The translations under genes and the position numbers were made by a program. Below the pieces are notes generated by a model. It was not told the DNA's origin. It saw only the letters and a program-made list of their open reading frames with translations, and made no database searches. Shown piece after piece: positions 16,689-23,590 of a stretch of DNA of 64,000 nt; the stretch's first letter is position 1, and each line of letters starts with the position of its first letter. The stretch covers positions 53,779 to 117,778 of the IMG/VR virus record IMGVR_UViG_3300049595_001870; one strand, given 5' to 3'. Source of the stretch: a virus.

Positions 16689-17368
16689 ACAGGACCATTG
16701 CTCGCCAAGGGCCCTGGCGTGCGTTCAGACGGCCGTTCGCCCTGGACGGGTGTCCACAGGCCGGGGACTGAGATCGGGCCGTACGCCCACTCTGAGGAGC
16801 CGCTGGCGTCGAAGGACGACGACTCCGATCGGTAGACCTCCTCCTGCACCCGGTAGCCACGGGAGCGTGGGTCTGGGCTGTCTCCAACAAAGTACCCATC
16901 CTTCCACGCCACACGGTTTGTCGGCAGGGCCGCCAGCCTGCCCGTCGCCAAGGCCAGTACATGTGCGCACTTGGCCTGCTCGGGGCGGGCCAGCCAGCCC
17001 GGCGCCGACAGTGAGTCGGGAAGCCAATCGACAGTGAACAGGTACTCGCCTGGGATCGGGCCACGCCGCGTGTAGCACACGGCCTCATGCTCCAGCAGGT
17101 AGGCAAAGACCGTCACCACCGGGCGAAATGAAAAACAATCCCAGAGCTGGCAGTTCTCCAATTCCTCAGTCGCTGCGCCCTCACGCAGGGCCAGTGCATG
17201 GATCGGTAGATTGCGGAAGTGCGCGCCGCTCTTGAGCATTACATGAAATGCCAGGGCCCTGGCCGGGTAGCTCTGTATGGCGAATGCGTAGCCCTCCTCC
17301 TGGCCAGGGCAGCCAGTGGTAAAGCTGTTGTCTACCCAGACTCGCAGGTATGGGATGTCAGCGTTCAT
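16673..17368 (-). CDS. Conserved phage hypothetical protein
   Basis: GAHFRNLPIHAL, QLWDCFS, YLFTVDW, ALPTNRV motifs; start MNADIP at 17368. Confidence 0.75.
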   Translation of the reverse strand: MNADIPYLRVWVDNSFTTGCPGQEEGYAFAIQSYPARALAFHVMLKSGAHFRNLPIHALALREGAATEELENCQLWDCFSFRPVVTVFAYLLEHEAVCYTRRGPIPGEYLFTVDWLPDSLSAPGWLARPEQAKCAHVLALATGRLAALPTNRVAWKDGYFVGDSPDPRSRGYRVQEEVYRSESSSFDASGSSEWAYGPISVPGLWTPVQGERPSERTPGPLASNGPVCGAP

Positions 17369-17642
17369 ACGTAATCGGCCGTATTGATCCGTGTTTCGTC
17401 CGCTCCAGCAGTCCGTCGATGACCGCCGCGATCTTGTTGCACTGCACATCGTCCTCGTAGGCGTATATGTCTCGCACTTCCCGCAGGACGGACCGCTCCG
17501 CGTCGGTGAGCCGCAGCCGCCTTATTTCTTCTTGCAGCCATGTGTTCGCCGCCGACAGCCTCGCCGTAGCCATGTGCGTGTTGTGAGAACCAGCGGATGC
17601 AAGAGACGGCTCGGCCGCGTCTCGCGTGTTGTCAGTGTCCAT
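17358..17642 (-). CDS. Hypothetical protein whose N-terminus is encoded by antisense attC-1
   Basis: AGGAG RBS and ATG lie inside attC-1; MDTDNTRDAAEPSLASAGS leader, RLTDAER motif. Confidence 0.7.
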   Translation of the reverse strand: MDTDNTRDAAEPSLASAGSHNTHMATARLSAANTWLQEEIRRLRLTDAERSVLREVRDIYAYEDDVQCNKIAAVIDGLLERTKHGSIRPITYER

Positions 17643-17673
17643 ATCTCGCCGCTCCTGATCCTTGGCGTTCTGT
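17584..17673 (+). mobile_element. attC: attC site 1 (90 bp)
   Basis: R'' TGAGAAC, 5-nt spacer CAGCG, L'' GATGCAAG, L' CCTGATC, 6-nt spacer CTTGGC, R' GTTCTGT; two extrahelical bases. Confidence 0.8.
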
Positions 17674-17675
17674 GG

Positions 17676-17927
17676 CTACTTGCGAGCCTCGCGGATCGCC
17701 TTTGCCATCGCATCTTGGATACGCGGCGGTATCGGCACAGCCTGCGACTGAATCGCCTTCGGCTTCCTGCCGTAGACCAAAGGCCACACTCTCCAGTCGG
17801 CTCTGGTGTCTGCAATCAGCATTCGCGCAACAGCATCGGCGTCCTCTTCGCAGCGAAATATCTCATGGTGGTGAAAACGCTCGCCAACGCGAACCACTGC
17901 ATACGCAACGGGGGTGCGATCACTCAT
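17676..17927 (-). CDS. 83-aa cassette A protein (inverted relative to attC)
   Basis: Fills cassette; stop 3 nt from R'; GGAG RBS. Confidence 0.7.
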   Translation of the reverse strand: MSDRTPVAYAVVRVGERFHHHEIFRCEEDADAVARMLIADTRADWRVWPLVYGRKPKAIQSQAVPIPPRIQDAMAKAIREARK

Positions 17928-17929
17928 GT

Positions 17930-18004
17930 CTATACTCCGTTCGCCACAGAACCAGCGGATGCAAGAGACGGCTCGGCATCGTCCTGCGTGTTGTCATCGC
18001 TCAT
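17930..18004 (-). CDS. 24-aa attC-2-encoded leader peptide MSDDNTQDDAEPSLASAGSVANGV
   Basis: AGGAG-N10-ATG inside attC-2; TAG 2 nt before the ATG of 17676-17927. Confidence 0.5.
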   Translation of the reverse strand: MSDDNTQDDAEPSLASAGSVANGV

Positions 18005-18035
18005 AGTTCGCCGCTCCTGATCCTTGGCGTTCTCA
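17946..18035 (+). mobile_element. attC: attC site 2 (90 bp)
   Basis: R'' ACAGAAC, CAGCG, GATGCAAG ... CCTGATC, CTTGGC, R' GTTCTCA; 30-bp left and 26-bp right arms identical to attC-1. Confidence 0.8.
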
Positions 18036-18283
18036 CGTTGTATCGCCGGTGCCCGGCACGGGTCGCGTCACGGGTTTATCAGTCCCGCCGCTGCCGTGTC
18101 CGCCACCGGGTTCCCCAGTTGCGGAATCTGTTCGGGCTGTCGCCGCCGGCGCGGCGTCATGATTTGTGTCAGAAAAACTCATGCGGTTTTCTTTCGGCGT
18201 GAGAACCACGCGCTGCAGCGGACCCGCGATGGCGTCGGTTGGTTGTGGTTTCGTCAGCGGTCGCGGGCCGCTGATCTTTGGCG
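18030..18283 (+). mobile_element. Gene cassette B (254 bp)
   Basis: Begins in GTTCTCACG; its own R'' CGTGAGAAC is the exact 9-nt complement. Confidence 0.75.
18033..18182 (-). CDS. 49-aa low-complexity cassette B peptide (MSFSDTNHD...GDTT)
   Basis: 3' part of ORF 18033-18443; TGA lies within the antisense of R'; no strong RBS. Confidence 0.4.
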   Translation of the reverse strand: MSFSDTNHDAAPAATARTDSATGEPGGGHGSGGTDKPVTRPVPGTGDTT

Positions 18284-18289
18284 TTCTGT
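18200..18289 (+). mobile_element. attC: attC site 3 (90 bp)
   Basis: R'' TGAGAAC, CACGC, L'' GCTGCAGC, GG[A]CCCGCGA/TCGCGGGCC stem, L' GCTGATC, TTTGGC, R' GTTCTGT. Confidence 0.85.
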
Positions 18290-18292
18290 GGC

Positions 18293-18436
18293 TCACCTCG
18301 TCATCCACATGAGGCCAAGATTCGCTGTGCTGTAGCTCATCCACACCAGAAAGCCAGCCGGCGATCCTCGCCACAACTGTTCGATAGCGACGACGAAGTA
18401 GATGATGGCGACGATGAACACTAGTGGCGCGCTCAT
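18293..18436 (-). CDS. 47-aa two-TM phage membrane protein
   Basis: Below cutoff; MSAPLVFIVAIIYFVVAIEQLWRGSPAGFLVWMSYSTANLGLMWMTR; stop abuts attC-3 R'. Confidence 0.75.
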   Translation of the reverse strand: MSAPLVFIVAIIYFVVAIEQLWRGSPAGFLVWMSYSTANLGLMWMTR

Positions 18437-18451
18437 TCATCACCCCACGTG

Positions 18452-19060
18452 CTAATTAGCTTTGCCTTCGCCATCGCCAGCTCCCTCTCCAGCTTTGCTA
18501 TCCTCTCCCGCAACGTAGCGTTCAACTGTTTCAGTCGCTCCACCTCCCGCTGCGAATGCTCCTGCCTCTCCATCAATCAGTCCCAGCTTGTGACGCGGAT
18601 AAAGAATCTCCAACAACGCGCTTGCCGGCCGTAAGAATTTCTTCGGAGCCTCCAGAATCGGCACCTCATGGCCACGCTCTCGGTCGGTCGTCTTTCCCTC
18701 TTTCCATGAGTCGTCTCTGTCCAAGATCGTCAGCCACACCCATGCCCCGGTCGGCTTGGAAAGAAACACGTAGATCAGATTGATGTGGCTTTCACGCTTC
18801 ATGCCGCGCAAGTCATCGACATACACGGTGTCATACGGAAAGGACTCCGGCCCATCGAACTTCAGCGACCGCTCTTTCACTTCGATCGCCACCACGGCTG
18901 CGGCGTCTGGCGTATCGACATGTCCGGTGCGCTTGCAGTGCCTCTTGGCGACGATCTTGCGACCATGCGCCACCGCGCACCCGATCTTGCGCATCGTTTC
19001 CACCCACTTGCGTTCCGCGCGCTGGCCTTTAGCCAGCGCTACGGAAAATGAGCGCGCCAT
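18452..19060 (-). CDS. PD-(D/E)XK restriction-endonuclease-like protein
   Basis: GQRAE..TPD..IEVKER pattern. Confidence 0.6.
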   Translation of the reverse strand: MARSFSVALAKGQRAERKWVETMRKIGCAVAHGRKIVAKRHCKRTGHVDTPDAAAVVAIEVKERSLKFDGPESFPYDTVYVDDLRGMKRESHINLIYVFLSKPTGAWVWLTILDRDDSWKEGKTTDRERGHEVPILEAPKKFLRPASALLEILYPRHKLGLIDGEAGAFAAGGGATETVERYVAGEDSKAGEGAGDGEGKAN

Positions 19061-19544
19061 TGCGATTGGCTCCGAAGAATTGCCGAATGGCAGGATTCGT
19101 CTGGCAGACATCACGCCCACGGAGTACGCCCATCGCCTGCACCCTGGCGCAGCGATGACGAATCACATCTGGCATCGGATCGGTCTTGGTTATGTGACCG
19201 ACGAACCAGCAAAGCTCCTCCGGGATTGGCTCGGCCTCCTCAAACTCGGCGCGGTGCGCACGCACCTGAAAGCCCCAGCGGGTGGTCCGGCCAAAGATGT
19301 CGCCGATGTCTTCATCCGTGAGAGTCGGATCGTTCATGGCTATGCAGGCCAGGCGCTCGTCGCTCGGGCAGCGACGGCAGTGCAGGTGGATGCGGATGAT
19401 GGACTCAAACGCCTGCTCGGCTTGCTGGCACTGCTCGGCAACTTTTGACACACCCTCACGGTTGATCAGCACGCGGCGAAACACCTCGCGTGCGAAACCC
19501 AAGCAGTGATCCAATCGCCTCTCGCCACGTTCGCTTTTTTGCAC
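19029..19544 (-). CDS. Hypothetical protein, possible HTH (LTDEDIGDIFGRTTRW)
   Basis: AAGGAGG RBS, GTG start. Confidence 0.6.
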   Translation of the reverse strand: MQKSERGERRLDHCLGFAREVFRRVLINREGVSKVAEQCQQAEQAFESIIRIHLHCRRCPSDERLACIAMNDPTLTDEDIGDIFGRTTRWGFQVRAHRAEFEEAEPIPEELCWFVGHITKTDPMPDVIRHRCARVQAMGVLRGRDVCQTNPAIRQFFGANRNGALIFRSAG

Positions 19545-19648
19545 GGGGACCCTCCTTGTTTTCGACCTGCGGAGCCGCCGGCCACGCATGATCGACATCG
19601 AACACCTCCCGAAGAATCACATCAGCCGTCTGGTCCAGCAGCAGGTCG

Positions 19649-20530
19649 TTACGCTGTTCGTCCATCGATCGCATCTCCTATGCTGGTCACGCCACGCTTG
19701 CGCTCCTTGGAACGCACGTACTCGTCTCGCATGCGGGCGCGCTTCCAAGACTCGTATTCGCCCGCTGTCATCTCGCGGCCGGCGTCTGGCCGGAACACGG
19801 CACGCGGCGCCGCAGGAGCAGGCTCCGCCTCCGCGTACTCCTGAGCGCGGGACAGCCACGCCTTGAGGGCTCGGTTCCAGTCCGTCTTGCGTGCGTAGCC
19901 GCGGTTGCTCACGGCGTGCGCGTGGCACCGGGCCAGCTCGCGGTCGATGTCCACACGCGGGAAGGCTGCCCTCCAAGCCGACCGGGAGATTTCGCAGACC
20001 CCCTCAAAGCCGCCTGCCGCCGTCCAAGAAATCTTTGCAGCAGCGGGCGGACGGATTTTCGTCCGCCTCCTAATACTCTTAAGAGTATCTGGTTCTGGTT
20101 CTGGTTCTGGTTGCAGGTTGTTGACAGGGTTGACAACAGGGTTGTTGACAGGGTTGTTGACAGGGTTGACAACAAGGTTGACAACAGGGCTGGCGGGCAG
20201 TCCTTTGGCCGACCTAGCCTTGGCGACGGCCGATACCTTGCGGTCATAGGCACCCTGCTGCTTGGCCCGCTCTGCCTCCAGCCGGGGGTGCGACAGCCGC
20301 TCCTCGCTGGTGCCAGCGTCTAGGACCACCAGACGCCGCCTACAGACCGCCCAGTCTTCTGGCGACATGCCGCCCGCGATCCGGCAGCACGCCTCCATAT
20401 CGTTCGGGAGGCCGCTGGAATCCCAGGCGTACAACAAGAGCCGCATGTACCCCCCAAACTGGGAGCAGGTCATGTCGGCGCAACTGGCCAGGATGTCGCG
20501 GGTGTAGACCGGCATCCAATTGAGTCCCAT
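19649..20530 (-). CDS. Replication initiator, YdaU/DUF1376 family
   Basis: WMPVYTRD..MTCSQFGGYMRLLLYAW; internal iterons; EPEPEPD linker; C-terminal DWNRALKAWL. Confidence 0.85.
   Translation of the reverse strand: MGLNWMPVYTRDILASCADMTCSQFGGYMRLLLYAWDSSGLPNDMEACCRIAGGMSPEDWAVCRRRLVVLDAGTSEERLSHPRLEAERAKQQGAYDRKVSAVAKARSAKGLPASPVVNLVVNPVNNPVNNPVVNPVNNLQPEPEPEPDTLKSIRRRTKIRPPAAAKISWTAAGGFEGVCEISRSAWRAAFPRVDIDRELARCHAHAVSNRGYARKTDWNRALKAWLSRAQEYAEAEPAPAAPRAVFRPDAGREMTAGEYESWKRARMRDEYVRSKERKRGVTSIGDAIDGRTA
20116..20187. repeat. Six tandem 12-bp iterons GGTTG(TTG/ACA)ACA(G/A), putative origin
   Basis: Exact 12-bp period inside the initiator gene, next to TCTGGT hexamer repeats. Confidence 0.75.
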
Positions 20531-20554
20531 ATCACAGTCCTCCATGGTGAATGA

Positions 20555-20614
20555 AACCCCCGGGGGCGCAGGAGGTAGGGGAGGCGAAACCTCCGCGCCG
20601 CACCCGGGGGAGTT
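20555..20614 (-). promoter_or_regulatory. Branched hairpin between ssb and initiator RBS
   Basis: CCCCCGGG/CCCGGGGG outer stem, GGCGC/GCGCC, GGAGG with two alternative CCTCC partners. Confidence 0.45.
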
Positions 20615-21000
20615 CAGAAAGGGATTCCGCCGTCGTCTTCCTCAAACTTTGGCAACGCCTTTGTGGCGGCCGGCTTTGCTGGCGCAGCAGCCTTGGGTGG
20701 CGGCGGCGACATGATCTGCACAGACTGGACGGTGCAGACAAACGCAGACTTCTCCGCGCCGTCCTTGCCAGTCCACTTCTGCTCTTCAATGCGGCCGGTG
20801 AAGGCGACGCGCTGCCCCTTGGTGAGCAAGGCCAGAAGCCCTGCCGGGCACTCCCAATGCTCACAAGTCAGCCAAGTCGTCTGGTCATTCCGGCCGCCGA
20901 TCGCCACGCGATAACGGCTCTTGGTCTTGCCGTTGATGTCCCGGCTCTCTGCGTCACCGCCCAGCCGCCCGGTGAAACAGCACACGTTCATGTCAGCCAT
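20614..21000 (-). CDS. ssb: Single-stranded DNA-binding protein
   Basis: FTGRLGGDAE, VAFTGRIEEQKW, acidic tail DDGGIPF. Confidence 0.92.
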   Translation of the reverse strand: MADMNVCCFTGRLGGDAESRDINGKTKSRYRVAIGGRNDQTTWLTCEHWECPAGLLALLTKGQRVAFTGRIEEQKWTGKDGAEKSAFVCTVQSVQIMSPPPPKAAAPAKPAATKALPKFEEDDGGIPF

Positions 21001-21625
21001 TGACCACCTCCTCGGCAAAAGCCCGCTCGTACGCCTGCTCCGCACGGTGGAGCAGCTCCTGATCGACCTCGCCCCGCTTGGCGAACAAACGGAACTTGTC
21101 CAGCAGCCGCTGCGACAACTCCGCGTTGCGTTCCGCCAACGCCTTGCGCAGTTCGTTCTCCGTCGCAGCCGCCTCCAGCACGGCCCGTGGGTTCTTCGCC
21201 GCCGGCTTCACTTCTTGCGGCTGAGACACGGCGTTGGCGTCGTCGTCGTCGCAGCCACTCAGGGCCCCGGTGAGGCAGATCAGCAGCATGCGATGGGCGT
21301 AGGTCAGCGCGCTTTTAAAGCCCTGCATGTCCTGCTTGGAGAAAAACAGCGGTACCGACGCATTGATCTCCTCGCCGCTCCTGTGCCGCAGGCACCCCTC
21401 CGCAAACCACAGGCCGTCCACCAGCCGAGGATGGACGGTCATCGGAGCGAAGCCGTTGGCCGTCAGCGCCTCGGAGATGGCCGCATCGATGTCGCCAACC
21501 GTGCTATACGGAGTACCGCGTGGGTTGGACGGACCTTTGAAAAACGTGTTCAGCCCGCTCTGCTTGGGCTGCCGGAACTGCTGCTTGGCCTTGGCCAGGG
21601 CAGCGACGATTGCCTTCTCCTCCAT
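20993..21625 (-). CDS. erf: ERF-family ssDNA annealing protein
   Basis: KQSGLNTFFK..YSTVGDI..QGFKSALTYAHR..DDDAN. Confidence 0.85.
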   Translation of the reverse strand: MEEKAIVAALAKAKQQFRQPKQSGLNTFFKGPSNPRGTPYSTVGDIDAAISEALTANGFAPMTVHPRLVDGLWFAEGCLRHRSGEEINASVPLFFSKQDMQGFKSALTYAHRMLLICLTGALSGCDDDDANAVSQPQEVKPAAKNPRAVLEAAATENELRKALAERNAELSQRLLDKFRLFAKRGEVDQELLHRAEQAYERAFAEEVVNG

Positions 21626-22473
21626 CAGTACACCTCCTCCTTGTTGCGAACCCACGCCGGAATCTCCAGCTCCCTGATCTCCCCGTGATCCAGCGGCAGG
21701 TACTCACCTGTCGCCCTCCGCAGACGAATCAACTCCATCGTTGACAGCATTCGCTCGCCGCACTCAGCGACGTAGTCATGCGGCAGGTAGTACACATGGC
21801 ATGCGTACGGAGCCGCCGTCTGGACAAACACAAACGGCATCCGGAACGGACCCATTCCGATGGCCATGGCGCCGTTGACATACAGCCATTCCTGCTCGCC
21901 GTAGCCGTAGTCAAAGACCGAGCGATAGAGCTGGTCCCACTTGGCACTGGTGGTTTTTAGATCCCACCACCTGTCCTGGCAGCAGCCGTCCGGACGAACC
22001 TTCAGTCGGTGGCCCTCAAGATCAAAGAACACGCTGACCTGCGTCTCGGTGGTGTTCTCCACCAGATCGCGGGCGGCGCTGTTGGCCATGAGCGAGTCCA
22101 GCATCTTGCTGTACTGCTCGCACTGATCCTGCGTGCAGACGATCACGCCGATCTGCTCGGCCTCCCACGCCTTGTAGGCGTTGGTGCTGCGCGATCCGTT
22201 GGACCCCAGCACCTCTTTCGGCGGGACGCGGATCTGCTCCGCAAGGGTCTTGCCCTCGCAGACGCCTTGGACGATCTGATCGAACTCGCTGCCTCGCCTA
22301 GTGGCAGAGTTGCCTGAGAAGAGCGAGTTGCCTGCGTCCATCCACTGCTGTACCTCGCCGCCACCTTTGGCCACCGCCGAGATGAATGAGCGGCTGTCGA
22401 ATCCCTTCAGTCGGTGGTATTCTTCCCCCGGCATGCCGATGACCTTAGTCGGCAGCTTGTCAATGCTGTGCAT
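21625..22473 (-). CDS. RecE/exonuclease VIII-like PD-(D/E)XK nuclease (DUF3799-like)
   Basis: EEYH..SRS, KVRPD..WDLKTT, YGEQ..Y, FVFVQT. Confidence 0.85.
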   Translation of the reverse strand: MHSIDKLPTKVIGMPGEEYHRLKGFDSRSFISAVAKGGGEVQQWMDAGNSLFSGNSATRRGSEFDQIVQGVCEGKTLAEQIRVPPKEVLGSNGSRSTNAYKAWEAEQIGVIVCTQDQCEQYSKMLDSLMANSAARDLVENTTETQVSVFFDLEGHRLKVRPDGCCQDRWWDLKTTSAKWDQLYRSVFDYGYGEQEWLYVNGAMAIGMGPFRMPFVFVQTAAPYACHVYYLPHDYVAECGERMLSTMELIRLRRATGEYLPLDHGEIRELEIPAWVRNKEEVY

Positions 22474-22765
22474 TTATGCACTCCCCCTAGAAAAAGAAGC
22501 CCCGTCCATGGGGCGAGAAAGCGATCCGTCAGCCCCTCCGTAGGCGGCGGCCCTCCATGAACCAGCGGACGAACACGGGCAGCTCGCCCAGTGCGATGAG
22601 CGTCAGAACGACGCCAGTCATTTTCACAGTCAGAGCTGCGAAAATGGCGGCCATGAGGAGGCCGCGTAAGATCAGGTAGAGGCGACCAGTGCCGTGGCCA
22701 ATTGAGCCACGGGCGCTTAGTGGGTAGAACCCCTCCACGGCCGGCGCTTCTCCCGGAGGAACGCC

Positions 22766-23590
22766 ATGACGATCGCGGAGCTTGCCAACAAATACTGCAC
22801 CAGAGTCGGAGCCAAGGCCAGCTACGCCCACCAGTTCCGTGTCCTGACCAGACGCCTGCCTTGGCAGGTCGCCCAACTGTCCGAGGACCGAATCGACGCC
22901 TACCTGACCGATGCCCTGGGACATCTCGCGCCCTCCACCGTGGCCAAGCACAGAAGGATGCTGGCCTGCCTCCTCCAGTTCGCACGTAGCGAACGCCTCC
23001 TGAACAAACGCACAGTACCACGCCCCCTGCGAAGGGTCAAGTGCCCCCCGCCCAATCCGCGGGCGTGGAGCCACGCGGACATCCGTGCGCTGCTGTCGGT
23101 AGCCGAGCATCTGAAGGGCGGTACGCGGCAATGCGCGTACTCGCTGATTGTGCCGGCGTGGATACTGGCTGCGTACAGCACAGGGCTGCGGCGCCAGGAT
23201 CTGCTGGATCTGCGACATGACGCCATCCGTGGGTCTAGAGCAGCTGTTCGTCAGGCCAAAACTGGCTGGCCGCATGTCGTCAACCTTGATCCAGCCTCCA
23301 TTGCTGCGATCAGACGACTCCCCCGAAAAGGACCGCGCGTGTTTGGCGATCTGATTTCGGCGGTGCAGATCGTAAGGGTAATGCGGAGACTTGTCAAGCA
23401 AGCCGGCCTGGACGGCACCGGCAAATGGCTCAGACGTAGTGGCGCAACGTATTGCGAGGCCGCGGGATACGACGCAAGCGGCCATCTCGGGCACAAGTCG
23501 CCGGGCATGAAGATCCACTACATCGACCGGCTGCTGCTCGCGGAGATCAGGCCAGACGAGCCGCGCGTGCCGCCGGTGCTAGCTACCTAG
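22766..23590 (+). CDS. Tyrosine recombinase/integrase
   Basis: STGLRRQDL (R), QAKTG (K), WLRRSGAT (HxxR variant), LGHKS (H), IHY (Y). Confidence 0.88.
   Translation: MTIAELANKYCTRVGAKASYAHQFRVLTRRLPWQVAQLSEDRIDAYLTDALGHLAPSTVAKHRRMLACLLQFARSERLLNKRTVPRPLRRVKCPPPNPRAWSHADIRALLSVAEHLKGGTRQCAYSLIVPAWILAAYSTGLRRQDLLDLRHDAIRGSRAAVRQAKTGWPHVVNLDPASIAAIRRLPRKGPRVFGDLISAVQIVRVMRRLVKQAGLDGTGKWLRRSGATYCEAAGYDASGHLGHKSPGMKIHYIDRLLLAEIRPDEPRVPPVLAT

Larger units (their letters stand above)
17668..18029 (+). mobile_element. Gene cassette A (362 bp)
   Basis: Begins in GTTCTGTGGC; its own R'' GCCACAGAAC is the exact 10-nt complement. Confidence 0.75.

Noticed and set aside
18033-18443. 136-aa ORF reading through attC-3
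   Set aside because: The 47-aa membrane protein in another frame (18293-18436) explains the 5' part; only the last 49 codons are retained as a possible gene
22556-22620. Fourth attC (GAACCAGCGGA matches the left arm of attC-1/2)
   Set aside because: No L'/R' arm or hairpin follows; treated as chance match
22766-23590. Calling the tyrosine recombinase IntI
   Set aside because: Short protein, no room for the IntI-specific insertion, and no adjacent attI/array
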